A stretch of 64,000 nucleotides of DNA. Source: Candidatus Latescibacterota bacterium. Lineage in GTDB: Bacteria > Latescibacterota > UBA2968 > GCA-2709665. The DNA is taken from positions 1,664,001 to 1,728,000 of the forward strand of contig OZ220733.1 of the NCBI GenBank assembly GCA_965116875.1, written 5' to 3'. This document shows, piece after piece, positions 50,270 to 60,623 of the stretch. A program made the position numbers and the translations under genes. Numbering within the stretch: the first letter of the stretch is position 1; every line of letters starts with the position of its first letter. The notes beneath the pieces are model-generated. The model did not search any database and was not told the DNA's origin. It saw only the letters and a list, made by a program, of their open reading frames with translations.

Positions 50270-50953
50270 ATGAAACGATCATTGGTAATGCTGACAGCTG
50301 TGATGGTGAATATTCCTGACGCTGGTTGGGCAGAGGCTGAAGACCACTTCCACGTTCGAGAGCGGACCGGTTACTCTTCTGAGCCTGTGAGTAGTGCGCG
50401 CATTGACAAAACCATTACAGAGTCCGCGTTACGTTACCGGAAACATGGAGTTGTGGCTGCACGAGCCGGGTTTCACGACATTGCGTTTCCAAGGGATAGC
50501 AAGGAGTTTCACCGTTTGAATGGATATGGACTCCTGGTCGTCACGGCCATCTCTCAAGACAGTTCCGAGCTTCCGCTCAGACGCGTCTACGTACAAGGCG
50601 AACATGGACAGCAAGCCCTGCAGCGGCTTTTTTCAACCTCATCGGCGGTAGAACCTCCGGATGGAGCAGTTGCACAGGTTTTCGGTCCATTTCGATCTGA
50701 TGCCATGTATCTCTTTCCGGTACACTACAAGTTCAAGGACAGTAAACTGCTCACTGATTTCGAGCAGAATCGAAAAGGCTTTCAACTGGCAACTTTCCCC
50801 GAACGTATTCCGTCGGCCTTGAAGGCACTTCCAAAGGAGAAGCCTACGTCTAGTCCTCCATTGGAAGAAATTCGACAGTTCGCACACAGAGAGTATCCCG
50901 ATCTCAGTCGTTTGCTGGTAGAAGTGCAAAAAGAAAGCGGAAAAGAGAATTGA
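50270..50953 (+). CDS. hypothetical exported protein
   Basis: 227-aa ORF with signal-like N-terminus (AWAEA-type site). Confidence 0.6.
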   Translation: MKRSLVMLTAVMVNIPDAGWAEAEDHFHVRERTGYSSEPVSSARIDKTITESALRYRKHGVVAARAGFHDIAFPRDSKEFHRLNGYGLLVVTAISQDSSELPLRRVYVQGEHGQQALQRLFSTSSAVEPPDGAVAQVFGPFRSDAMYLFPVHYKFKDSKLLTDFEQNRKGFQLATFPERIPSALKALPKEKPTSSPPLEEIRQFAHREYPDLSRLLVEVQKESGKEN

Positions 50954-51501
50954 GTGAGCCGTATCGCTTGGAGTCCGTGACCTTGAATGACATCTATCAA
51001 CTCCCCCGGTACTACGAGATCGCGTTCTCTTTCCGCGATATTCCGCGGGAGGTAGACGTTCCGGAGGAGACCGCCCGTCGCTTTGCAGAGATCCCTGTCA
51101 AAACCTTTCTCGAGATCGGATGCGGCAACAGCCCCCACATGGAAGAGCTGGCAGGCAGAGGCTACGATTTCATAGGAATCCACACAAGTGACGAAATGCT
51201 CATGTACTCGAAGGAAAAAGCCAGGAAACGGGGAGTTCACGCGCGGTTTGTGAAGGCGAACATGGTCGACTTTCGCATCGACCGGACTGTTGATTTCGCC
51301 TTCGTGATGCTCGGCTCACTTTTTATAAATAGTAACGAGGGGCTTTCCACACATTTCGACGCCGCCGCCTGAACATTGAGACCTGGTGGTCTTTATCTGC
51401 TTGATTGGTGCGCCAGGTTCGATAATCAGGATTTCAGCGAGGATTCCTGGGAAATTGAAAAGAACGGTGTCGTCGTGAAGGCCAGTTTCAGTAGTAAATG
51501 A
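50950..51501 (+). pseudogene. SAM methyltransferase pseudogene
   Basis: LEIGCG motif; in-frame TGA at 51370 followed by TLRPGGLYLLDW, then an early stop at 51499-51501. Confidence 0.8.
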
Positions 51502-51613
51502 TAGGAGACTCACCCTGATGAAGGATGAAGTCATTACGCGAAAACCGTGCGGGGCTATATTTCTGCTGTGAAGGACGAAATGGGTGCGACGACACCCAGG
51601 AAAGCAATTAGCG

Positions 51614-51730
51614 TTGCACGGCCCCCTATAGGTGATCGTGATACCGTTCAGGACGAGTGAGAATGTGGGATACGAATTTGCCGTGTTTCATCGGCCGGAT
51701 GACTCTGTGTGGCAGTTTATTAGCAGCAAG
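51614..51730 (+). pseudogene. NUDIX-like 5' fragment
   Basis: ARPL*VIVIPFR...YEFAVFHRPDDSVWQFI; similarity ends before a Nudix box. Confidence 0.5.
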
Positions 51731-51842
51731 GCAGCCCAGGGGGATAATGAGCGAATCGTAGAGTTGGTGCACTCCGGAATGAGCGGAGATCTACGATATT
51801 CTGTCGATTCCATCCCTGGTTCACGCAGAAGGCAAAAGAAGA

Positions 51843-52661
51843 GTGATACGGGTACAGCCTACCGAAACGCGATTCGTTGACATTCACCACCTGGACTGGG
51901 ACCTGAAGTGGTCTCTCCAGTTTCCGGAAGTCATCACGTCCATGAACGGCGTGACGATGATGTGGCAGAAGATCTGCCCTCGATGGACCAGGACGGGAGA
52001 CAATGCATGGGCGTACGAATGGCAAACGACGCCTGAGTACATTAAGGAGCAGATGGAATACCATCAGACGGATCCCTCAGGGAACGTCGTTCGACACAAC
52101 TTCATAACAGGTCTTGTTCTCCAGGCAGCGTTGTCCGGACTCGAGGACGGCGTAGAACTGACGTTGACCCTCACGAATCAGTCATCCGCGCAATTCTATG
52201 ACGTCGCTTCCGATGGTGGATGTTTCCAGGCGAAGTCATCCGATTTCATCGATCAAGATGAAGTCAGACGATCCTACGTCCTGGTGAAGGGCAAGCCGGA
52301 GAGCATGGGCGATCTTCACAGAACGACGGACATTCGGACCGCGTATCATGCAGACCTCATGGACTATGAGAAGGAGTGGGTCAACAGGGCCGCATGGTTC
52401 TGGGGAAGAAGCAACACGGCCATAGACGCACCGGCCATTCTGGGTGCCGTTTCTCATGACCGGTCCAGGGCAACAGCGCTCGGATATGAGTGCGCGACGT
52501 CGGCTCTTCAGAACGCTGACGGTCATCATTGTCTGCATAGCAGGCCCCTTTTTGGTGATATTGAACCGGGGCAGTCGGTAACTCGCAGGGGCTATATCCT
52601 GTTCGGCAGCGAGTTCCCTGCACTGGCAAAGCAACTCGGCAAACAACTCAACAGACGCTAA
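51843..52661 (+). CDS. hypothetical protein
   Basis: 272-aa ORF, no motif recognised. Confidence 0.6.
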   Translation: MIRVQPTETRFVDIHHLDWDLKWSLQFPEVITSMNGVTMMWQKICPRWTRTGDNAWAYEWQTTPEYIKEQMEYHQTDPSGNVVRHNFITGLVLQAALSGLEDGVELTLTLTNQSSAQFYDVASDGGCFQAKSSDFIDQDEVRRSYVLVKGKPESMGDLHRTTDIRTAYHADLMDYEKEWVNRAAWFWGRSNTAIDAPAILGAVSHDRSRATALGYECATSALQNADGHHCLHSRPLFGDIEPGQSVTRRGYILFGSEFPALAKQLGKQLNRR

Positions 52662-52703
52662 GCCTCCGCGTCGGTTCAGCTTCAGAACGTGGCCCGGTCT
52701 AAC

Positions 52704-52843
52704 CTCAAATCGAAAAAAGGCATCCGTTAATTTACCACAAAAAGCACAAAAGGCACAGAAGGTGACGGTGCGAAAACGCGGCATTGAGGTCGTTCAGATG
52801 GTCAAGACTTCCCTTCACGTCCAGTGACCTCAAGTATCCGGGA
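52704..52843 (+). repeat. dispersed repeat, copy 2 of 39840-39980
   Basis: TTTACCACAAAAAGCACAAAAGGCACAGAAGGT...TTGAGG.CGTTCA.ATGG. Confidence 0.7.
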
Positions 52844-52951
52844 TCTTTGACGTCAATTTGCCTTTGCTCTTCTGTATACATTCGACATTCAGGTCCCCGA
52901 ATTATCGCGAATCAGGGCTAACCTTGATTCCTCATTTTTCGAGGACGTTAA

Positions 52952-53087
52952 TTCGAATATGTGTCAGTTAAAAAGGCGATTTAACTGCTGATTACCAGGA
53001 TACACCAGGACTCTGTACGTGAACGGAAAAAATGGCCTTCATGACGACCATTTCGGCCCGTTTCGAACGGTTTCGTCGCGGTGCCGC
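52952..53087 (+). repeat. dispersed repeat, copy 2 of 23701-23836
   Basis: See the 23701-23836 alignment. Confidence 0.75.
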
Positions 53088-53381
53088 GTTGCGGCTTTTT
53101 CGGAATTGAGCCTAAGCACATTTTCGGCTCTGAAGTCGCCAAGGCCCTTGCCAGCGTCTTTGTGCATACGTATAATTCCATATACGTACCGAAAACCTGC
53201 AATTCGCTCGATTCGAGGCAGTTCTAGGACGGTCCTGTGGTCGCCATCGAGCCATTGATTGGCGGGTATCCGACATCGGACGCATAGGACTGCGCCGGGT
53301 GGACAATGAAGACCATAGCCGAACTTATCCTGGAACAGTTTGAGCGATGAAGCTCGAAAACGGAGTTCTGGAGAGTTGGAA

Positions 53382-53564
53382 ATGAGGAATGAATTTACGG
53401 CGGTGATCGAACAAGACAACGAATGGATCATTGCCTATTGCCCTGAGATCCCCGGCGCCAATGGACAGGGCAAGACCAGGGATGAAGCCCTTGCAAGCCT
53501 GCGGGATGCAATTTCCCTCATCCTTGAGGATCGTCGGGAAATGAGAATCTATGAAGAAGGCTGA
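53382..53564 (+). CDS. short HicB-like antitoxin with BrnT-like tail
   Basis: FTAVIEQD..W.IAYCPEIPGANGQGKT.DEA...L.DAI.LILEDRRE, ending MRIYEEG. Confidence 0.8.
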   Translation: MRNEFTAVIEQDNEWIIAYCPEIPGANGQGKTRDEALASLRDAISLILEDRREMRIYEEG

Positions 53565-53778
53565 ATCCGACGAACTGAGACAGGAATATCGCCCTGGAGA
53601 TCTCGGTCCTGGCGTCCGGGGCAAGTATCTTGAGTCTTTTCGATCCGGGACAAATCTCGTCATGCTCGAGCCGGACGTTGCCAGGGCATTTCCCACGGAG
53701 GCGGCCGTGAATGCTGCGCTTCGGTCATTCATTGACGGGGCCAAAGGACCGGCAGACTCGGGGAAGAGCACAAGTTGA
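53551..53778 (+). CDS. BrnA-like antitoxin, orphan
   Basis: DELRQEY, GVRGKY, LEPDVARAFPT.AAVNAALR. Confidence 0.75.
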   Translation: MKKAESDELRQEYRPGDLGPGVRGKYLESFRSGTNLVMLEPDVARAFPTEAAVNAALRSFIDGAKGPADSGKSTS

Positions 53779-53954
53779 CTCGTGCGTTGCGATAAATCTT
53801 GATATTATCGTGGCAACGGTGTAAATTAGGACGCGCCTATGATCGGGTGCACGTAACGTACTCCATTTGCAATTGGGAGGTCGATCGCCTGCCGAAATAC
53901 CCAACGGTCTTTCAACAGGAGGACTTTTCAGATCTAAATAGAGCAGCGACTACA

Positions 53955-54112
53955 TAGAAATCTCGGATTCAGGTTACAAAACAGGGAAAACGGTGAAAAT
54001 CCGTTGCGGTCCCGCCGCTGTAACTGGGGATGTCTCCCGCAAAGATGCCACTGGTTAAATACCGGGAAGGCGCGGGAAACAGATGATCCAGGAGCCAGAA
54101 GACCTGCCTGAA
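53955..54112 (+). ncRNA. cobalamin riboswitch
   Basis: AGGGAA..CGGTG.AA.TCCG..GCGG.CCCGCC.CTGTAA, GCCACTG...CCGGGAAGG, B12 box AGCCAGAAGACCTGCC; upstream of B12 genes. Confidence 0.93.
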
Positions 54113-54190
54113 TCTCAGACCTTATAGCTTTCCTCGTGGATCTGGGAAAAGGTGACATAAACGCGTGCTTCGGCCGCGTGGTTGGCGATA

Positions 54191-54227
54191 CCCCGGATTT
54201 CTGCAAGGAAATCGGGGAATTTTTTTG
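54191..54227 (+). terminator. intrinsic terminator, probable riboswitch expression platform
   Basis: CCCCGGATTTC/GAAATCGGGG stem followed by AATTTTTTT. Confidence 0.7.
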
Positions 54228-54326
54228 CAGTCAGCTTGAAACGAAACGCAAAGGGCAATGTCCGCGCCGTATTTACATCTGCAGGGCAATCCTTGTGGTT
54301 GCCCATGCGAGCCTGGGGATGACGCC

Positions 54327-55451
54327 GTGTTGAAATCCAAAATCTGGCTTGGAACCATTTGTTGCATCGGAATCTGCGTGGCGCCGATACCTGTGTGCGC
54401 TCAGGTGTCGCTGAAATATGCCGAGGGATTCCGCGTTGACTATTTCGACGGGTACAAGGTTGTGACCGTCGTCGTGCCGGGGTCCGAAACGGGGGAAACG
54501 CTTCAATACATCCTGGTACAGCGAGGCGGGAATTCACCCGGCGGCTATGAAGGGGCCCCGAGGATCAAGATTCCCGTACGCGCGCTGATCACCACGTCCA
54601 CAACGCACCTGCCGCATATCGAAAAGCTGGACGAACTGGAAAGCCTCGTTGCGGTCGACAACGTCAGGTTCGTCAATTCGAAGGCCGTCAGACGGCGTTT
54701 CGCCGAGGGCGGGATAGCGGAAGTCGGCAGAGGCAAATCCATCGACATGGAGCGGGTCCTCGTACTCCGGCCCGATATCGTCGTCATCGACGCCCCGTCA
54801 CAGGACAATGCATACCATTCTCTCCGGCAGGCCGGCGTGGCTGCCGTGGTCAATGCCGCCTACGCCGAACCGACGCTGCTCGGGCGCGTGGAGTGGCTCA
54901 AGTTCGCGGGCGCCTTCTTCAACAAGGAGAATCTTGCCGCCGCGCAGTTCGACAGTATTGCAGCCAGGTACGATGCACGCAAGTCGTTGACCGCGAATCT
55001 GCACCCCGACGGGAAACCCACCGTCTTCGTCGGATCCCTCTGGCGGGGGACCTGGTTCATGTCGGGCGGAAAATCATATCCGGCGCAATTGCTGGAGGAC
55101 GCGGGCGCGAATTACCTGTGGGGCGACAATGAATCGCGCCGGAGCCTGACGCTGGATTTCGAGTCGGTCTACGAAAAAGCGCACGATGCCGATTTCTGGA
55201 TCACCATGAGAAACGAATGGCGGTCCATTGGCAACGTTGTCGCGGAAGATGAACGATACGGGAAATTCAATGCGGTCGGAACCGGCAGGGTCTTCAACGC
55301 CAATGCGCGCCTCAATGAACACGGCGGCAACGACTATTGGGAGACCGGACTGATCGAACCGGACGTGCTGCTGACCGATATCATCAGGATGCTTCACCCG
55401 GAACTGGTCCCCGATCACCAGCTCAAGTACTATCGAAAGCTGGATCCATAG
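54327..55451 (+). CDS. cobalamin/siderophore ABC substrate-binding protein (BtuF-like)
   Basis: YAEGF.VDY, STTHL, E.T.LGR.EWLKF, DAGANYLW, NDYWETG; behind the B12 riboswitch. Confidence 0.88.
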   Translation: MLKSKIWLGTICCIGICVAPIPVCAQVSLKYAEGFRVDYFDGYKVVTVVVPGSETGETLQYILVQRGGNSPGGYEGAPRIKIPVRALITTSTTHLPHIEKLDELESLVAVDNVRFVNSKAVRRRFAEGGIAEVGRGKSIDMERVLVLRPDIVVIDAPSQDNAYHSLRQAGVAAVVNAAYAEPTLLGRVEWLKFAGAFFNKENLAAAQFDSIAARYDARKSLTANLHPDGKPTVFVGSLWRGTWFMSGGKSYPAQLLEDAGANYLWGDNESRRSLTLDFESVYEKAHDADFWITMRNEWRSIGNVVAEDERYGKFNAVGTGRVFNANARLNEHGGNDYWETGLIEPDVLLTDIIRMLHPELVPDHQLKYYRKLDP

Positions 55452-55454
55452 CCT

Positions 55455-57650
55455 ATGCGATGCATTTATCTTCTGATCCTGTCGAGCCTCCTCGCGACCG
55501 TGCCCCTTCAGGCGGCGGAGATTACCGGCCGTGTCACCGATGCGGAAACGCGTTTGGCCGTTGCCAACGCGCGGGTTCACGTTCTCAGTGCCGATCTTTC
55601 GACAATGACGGACCACCGCGGCGAATTCCTTTTGTCCAATCTGAATGCCGGCACGTATACGCTTGCAATATCGCATATCGCGTACCTGCCCGCGCAGCGC
55701 ACGGTCAGCGTAACAGGAACGACAGACGTTGTCATCGAGCTTTCGCCCAGGACCTATCCTCTCGATGACTTCCCGGTGATCGCCAAACCCTTCGGCGCCG
55801 GCGACATTCACGGGAATCCGGCCTACGCCACCGTGATTACGCGCGAGAACTTTGAGGGCAGAGAGACGACCCTGCCGGACGTCCTTGCCGAGGCCACGGG
55901 CGTACAGGTCAAGCGCCTGGGCGGGTTGGGCGCATTCAGCACGATTTCGCTCCGGGGTTCATCCGCCGACCAGGTCGAGGTTTACCTCGACGGGGTTCTG
56001 CTGAATGCCGCTTTCGGCGGCGGCGTGGACCTCGGCAATCTGCCGCTTGCGCACGTCGGGCAGATCGAAGTGTATCGCGGGGCTGGGGCCGGCGGCAACG
56101 GAATGGGCGGAACCGTACACGTACGCACCCGCCGGCTGCAGAAGCGATGGCGGCATGGCGTTCGCGGATCCTGGGGGGCTTTCGATACGCGGCTGCTGAG
56201 CGGCGTCGTTGCCGGTGCGCGGGGCGAATCGGAGTTTCTCGTTGTGGCCGACTACGCGCAAAGCGATAACGATTTCGGGTTTATGGACGACAACGGGACC
56301 GAATACAATGCCGGTGACGACGTATGGAGCAGGCGCCGGAACAACAACCACAGGTCCATCAACCTGCTGGGCAAATGGCGACGCGCTCTAGGTGAGAACA
56401 GCGCCTTGTCCCTGAATGAGACCATGTATCGGAAGGTCCAGGGCATGCCCGGTATCAGCAACAACCAGTCCCGCAACGCGCAGCTGGAAGCCTTCCGGAC
56501 GATGACGGAAATCACATACGAGAATCGGGCGCTGTCGAACGGGGTGAAAACGCATCATTCGGTTTACTTCACGCACACCAAAGAGCGGTTCCGGGATCTC
56601 GACGGGGAAGTTGGAATCGGCCGCCAGGATAATGACTATCGCACGCGCACCTATGGATGGCGGGGCCGTCTGCAAACGGTCCTGTTCTCACGCTGCCATG
56701 CGACGGCCGCGATTGGTCTGCGCCGCGAGGCCTATGTGCCCAAAACACGGATCCGGAGCGTCGCGAATTTCTTCGACAGCCGGCGATGGGCGGGGTCAGC
56801 GCGGGCGGGGGTTGAACTTACCCTGCCCGGGAACGTTGGCGTCTGGTCGACGGGCGTCGAACAACGGCTCATTCACAGTTCGTTTACGGGCGCGAATCCG
56901 TTCGGCTTCTCGCCTCTTGCGCCGGACTCCGCAAATACCCGCAGTCTCACGAGCGTGCGTACCGGCGTTCGGCTGGATCTGGCATCGCACCTCGCGTTCA
57001 AGGCCAATGCCGGGCGTGTGTTCCGGATTCCGTCTTTCTTCGAGCTCTTCGGGGACCGCGGCGGCGTGGTGGGCAACGTCAATCTCCGGCCCGAATTCGG
57101 GTTCGCGTGGGACGGGGGCGTACGTTATTCGGATGGGACGAATACCCTTGAACTGGCGTTCTTCGATCACCGCTATGAAGACCTGATCCAGTTTGTCCAC
57201 ACGTCCCAGGCCACGTCGCGGCCCGTCAACATCGGGAAAGCACGGGTTTACGGGCTGGAATTCACCGCGCAAAGGCGCTTCGGAGCCCGCTTCAATCTTT
57301 CCGGCAATTACACGTTTCAGGATGCAAGAGACCATTCGGCAATTCCGTATCTGGCAGGCAACATTCTGCCCAACCGTCCGCCCCACGCGCTGTTTGTTCG
57401 CGCGACGGCCCGGCTCGGACGTTGGACTCTGGTGTATGATTACAGCCTCGAAGACGGCAGCTATCTGGACCAGTCCAATCGACGTCCCCTATCGGTGCGC
57501 CAGATTCACAATGCCGGCGTGAAGGTGGATACCGGGCTGCGGTTGCAAATCGGACTGGAGGCGAAAAATATGTCCGGTGCGCAGGTCGCCGATACCTGGG
57601 GTTATCCGCTGCCGGGGCGCGCGTTCTTCGTGAGCGTAAAAACGGAATAG
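55455..57650 (+). CDS. btuB: TonB-dependent receptor, BtuB-like
   Basis: N-terminal CarboxypepD-like domain, plug SLRGSSADQVEVYLDG, NLRPEFG, terminal GYPLPGRAFF. Confidence 0.85.
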   Translation: MRCIYLLILSSLLATVPLQAAEITGRVTDAETRLAVANARVHVLSADLSTMTDHRGEFLLSNLNAGTYTLAISHIAYLPAQRTVSVTGTTDVVIELSPRTYPLDDFPVIAKPFGAGDIHGNPAYATVITRENFEGRETTLPDVLAEATGVQVKRLGGLGAFSTISLRGSSADQVEVYLDGVLLNAAFGGGVDLGNLPLAHVGQIEVYRGAGAGGNGMGGTVHVRTRRLQKRWRHGVRGSWGAFDTRLLSGVVAGARGESEFLVVADYAQSDNDFGFMDDNGTEYNAGDDVWSRRRNNNHRSINLLGKWRRALGENSALSLNETMYRKVQGMPGISNNQSRNAQLEAFRTMTEITYENRALSNGVKTHHSVYFTHTKERFRDLDGEVGIGRQDNDYRTRTYGWRGRLQTVLFSRCHATAAIGLRREAYVPKTRIRSVANFFDSRRWAGSARAGVELTLPGNVGVWSTGVEQRLIHSSFTGANPFGFSPLAPDSANTRSLTSVRTGVRLDLASHLAFKANAGRVFRIPSFFELFGDRGGVVGNVNLRPEFGFAWDGGVRYSDGTNTLELAFFDHRYEDLIQFVHTSQATSRPVNIGKARVYGLEFTAQRRFGARFNLSGNYTFQDARDHSAIPYLAGNILPNRPPHALFVRATARLGRWTLVYDYSLEDGSYLDQSNRRPLSVRQIHNAGVKVDTGLRLQIGLEAKNMSGAQVADTWGYPLPGRAFFVSVKTE

Positions 57651-57775
57651 GCAAAGGCGGGACAGAACGGGAAAGCCCCGTTGCGCACCCGCCTTTTTCA
57701 ACCGAAGTCTTCCTGTCCGGCGAAGACTGAACAACAGATCGCGGACCTTTTACATTTTAGCCGAGGAGGGATTCA

Positions 57776-59026
57776 ATGAGGTGGTTTCTGCTGACGCTGT
57801 TTCTTGCAACCGATGCATTCGCGAACCAGGCGGTGATTACGACAGGCGTTTACGGCGGTGGTGGCGGATTATCCAGCGTGGATCTTGGCACGAATATCGC
57901 AACAAACGATCACCTGTTAATTCACTCGGATGCGGTCGTAGGTACGTACCGGGACAAGGTCTACGTGATCAATCGCCTCGGACAGGACAATGTGATCGTC
58001 CTGGATCGCGATAATCTTGCGACACCTTTGACGCAATATTCCACGGGGAACGGCTCGAACCCCCACGATATCGCCTTTGTCAACGAGGAGAAAGCCTACA
58101 TATCGCGATATGACCTGACACATATACTCGTCGTCAATCCCGTAACGGGCGATTCGCTGGGCTCGGTGGACCTTTCAACGTTCGCGGATGCCGACGGCCT
58201 GCCCGAAACGTCTCAACTCACGGTCCACGGCGGCCATCTGTTCGCGGCCTGTCAACGGCTCGACAGAGAGACCGCGACGTGGGATCCGACCGATTTTTCG
58301 GTAGTTGCCGTCGTTGACGTGACAACCGATCTGCTGGTAGACGTGGATCCGCAGGCTGAGGGCATGCAGGGGATTGTGATGGCGACAAAAAACCCGGCGG
58401 GCACCGCGCGGCGAGGGAGCAAATGGTTCCTGAGCTCGGTAAATACGACCGGCGATTTGACCGACGGCGGCATCGAGATGATTGATCTGGACAATCTGAT
58501 CAGCGAAGGAATTCTGCTTGACGAGACCGTTTTAGGCGGGAATATATGGTCATTGGCGATGGTTACCGATGACGACGGATATGTGGTTGTCGCCGACGAG
58601 AATTGGGCGAACACCGTCAAGCGGATCGATTTGGCAACGCAGTCGGTGTCCCAAGGGCTGGATGGTCTTTCCGGCGGATTCGTCCCCGCCCTCGGCGTGT
58701 TCGGCCAGCGGCTGTATGTTCTCGATCGAGGCAGTTCCGCCGATCCGGCTGCCGCCGGCGTAAAGGTATACGACGTGAGTACGGATGCGCTTGTGGCCGG
58801 CCCGATCGGCACGGGTTTGCCGCCGTCCAGCATCGCGTTCGTGGGCAGTGCGGCTGATTTCGATGGGGACTGCGTCGTGGATTTCAGCGACTTCCTGGCG
58901 TTCGCCGCCGCGTTCGGCAGGATAGCCGGCGACGATGACTTCGACGCCAGGTTCGACCTGAACGGCAACGGGGAGATCGAATTCCAGGACTTCCTGATCT
59001 TTGCCTCGGAATTTGGAGGAGGCTGA
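57776..59026 (+). CDS. BtuG/YncE-like beta-propeller with C-terminal dockerin-like EF-hand pair
   Basis: KVYVINRLG, SNPHDIAF..EKAYISRY; tail DFDGDCVVDFSDFL / DLNGNGEIEFQDFL. Confidence 0.7.
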   Translation: MRWFLLTLFLATDAFANQAVITTGVYGGGGGLSSVDLGTNIATNDHLLIHSDAVVGTYRDKVYVINRLGQDNVIVLDRDNLATPLTQYSTGNGSNPHDIAFVNEEKAYISRYDLTHILVVNPVTGDSLGSVDLSTFADADGLPETSQLTVHGGHLFAACQRLDRETATWDPTDFSVVAVVDVTTDLLVDVDPQAEGMQGIVMATKNPAGTARRGSKWFLSSVNTTGDLTDGGIEMIDLDNLISEGILLDETVLGGNIWSLAMVTDDDGYVVVADENWANTVKRIDLATQSVSQGLDGLSGGFVPALGVFGQRLYVLDRGSSADPAAAGVKVYDVSTDALVAGPIGTGLPPSSIAFVGSAADFDGDCVVDFSDFLAFAAAFGRIAGDDDFDARFDLNGNGEIEFQDFLIFASEFGGG

Positions 59027-59027
59027 C

Positions 59028-59416
59028 CTACCCCCTAACCCCCTTCCTGAAGGAAGAAGGAAAAAGGAAGAAGGAAAGAGTAGCGGTAACTTTGACGTCT
59101 GTCACTTCTGCAATCGGACTCTCCCAAGAATCGAGTGGAAGCGGATTGCTGAGGAGAGCTGAAAACTGGCGGCGTGTCCTTGAAAATCCGAGTGTCTATG
59201 GATGACCGGCACGCGAAACCTGTTTTCCTCCCTCTCTCCCGGAGCTACCCCCTAACCCCCTTCCTGAAGGAAGGGGGGACGTTGATGGGTTGATTTACAG
59301 GCTTTGTGATGTGCCGGATAGCGATACCCTTTCAATCGGAGTGTCTATCAATGACCGGCACGCGACGTGTGCCTTTCCTCCCTCTTTCCTTTAGGAGAGA
59401 GGGCCGGGGAGAGAGG
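59028..59416. repeat. compound REP-rich spacer with partial duplication
   Basis: CTACCCCCTAACCCCCTTCCTGAAGGAAG twice; GAGTGTCTAT..ATGACCGGCACGCGA twice; inverted GGAGAGAGGG copy. Confidence 0.7.
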
Positions 59417-59498
59417 TCGGCGCCGGGTGGAAGGGTTGCTTTTGACTTTCGCCTTTAGCTGACTGCTGAGAGCTGACCGCTGTTAGCTATCTCTGCTT

Positions 59499-60623
59499 AT
59501 GTGTGAATATCTCGATCGACATGAACACTACGTTCTGATGCGCGATGGGCGTTTTCTGATCGCCGAATTGCTGACCCCACACCAGGTGCTGAGTACGTCC
59601 GCCCATGGCGGCGGCCTGTGTACGGGCATCCGATTCCTGGTGAATCATCAGAGTTGCGAGGGCACGGGGCACGACGCGCGCTTTGCGTTGATCCGGCAAC
59701 TCGGCCTTGCGGGTTATCATCGCCACGTCAGTGCGGAACGCGGCCTGCCTCCGGATGTCGTCGCCGTGATGGGGACGGCCGCGAGTATGAACTGCGCGGC
59801 GCACGTCGTGGAAACCCATGCCGAATTACGCGTATTTGCGGTTGTGACGGCGGGGGTGGAGGGCAATGCCGGATGTGCGGGGGACCCGGCAACCTGGCAC
59901 GAAGAGGATGCGGAATGGATCCAGGGAAATCCACAGGCGGGCACGATCAATACCATGCTACTCATCAACTGGCCGCTCACGCCTGGCGCAATGGCGCGGG
60001 CGGCGGTCACGATGACCGAGGGCAAGTCCGCCGCACTGCGTGATCTCGCGGTATCCAGCCTCTATTCTCACGACCTCGCAACGGGAACCGGCACCGACCA
60101 GTACTGTATTGCGGCGCCGCTGGATGAAACGAGAATACCGAAGACCAACGCCGGCCATCACGCGAAACTTGGGGAATTGATCGGCAGGGCGGTACGCAAA
60201 GCCACACTGGAAGCCCTGCGATGGCAGAACGGTCTGGAGCCATCTCATACGAGGAGCGTCTTCCACGCGCTGAAACGGTTCGGTTTCGGGCGCGACCGGT
60301 TCCTGCGTGCGATGGACATACGCCTGAAGGAAGAAGAACGCGTGTTGCTGAAAAAAAACCTCAAGTCTGTCATATATGAGCCGCGCGTCGCGGCGGCGGC
60401 CTATGCATTCGCGGCGGTCTGGGACCGCGTGCGATTCGGGACGCTTACGCAAGCGCTAGCCGACCCGGTGTTGAGGCAGCAGGCGGCCACATTGGCGGCC
60501 TCGCTCGCGGCGAAACCCGAAGCATGGCCGTCCTGTTACGCCAGGCTTCAGGTGAAGGAAGACGCCCTGCTGGATCTCGTTTACGATGCGTTTGCGCTCG
60601 GGTGGCGACTGAAATGGACCTGA
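59499..60623 (+). CDS. cbiZ: adenosylcobinamide amidohydrolase
   Basis: MGTAASM, VTAGVEGNA, GTINTMLL, TEGKS, ATGTGTDQ, GHHAKLGELIG. Confidence 0.9.
   Translation: MCEYLDRHEHYVLMRDGRFLIAELLTPHQVLSTSAHGGGLCTGIRFLVNHQSCEGTGHDARFALIRQLGLAGYHRHVSAERGLPPDVVAVMGTAASMNCAAHVVETHAELRVFAVVTAGVEGNAGCAGDPATWHEEDAEWIQGNPQAGTINTMLLINWPLTPGAMARAAVTMTEGKSAALRDLAVSSLYSHDLATGTGTDQYCIAAPLDETRIPKTNAGHHAKLGELIGRAVRKATLEALRWQNGLEPSHTRSVFHALKRFGFGRDRFLRAMDIRLKEEERVLLKKNLKSVIYEPRVAAAAYAFAAVWDRVRFGTLTQALADPVLRQQAATLAASLAAKPEAWPSCYARLQVKEDALLDLVYDAFALGWRLKWT

Noticed and set aside
51370-51372. Selenocysteine read-through of the in-frame TGA
   Set aside because: The position is not a Cys-type catalytic site, a CGA-to-TGA change explains it, and the frame stops again at 51499.
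41432-53778. Integron cassette array
   Set aside because: No intI and no recognisable RYYYAAC...GTTRRRY attC hairpins between genes.
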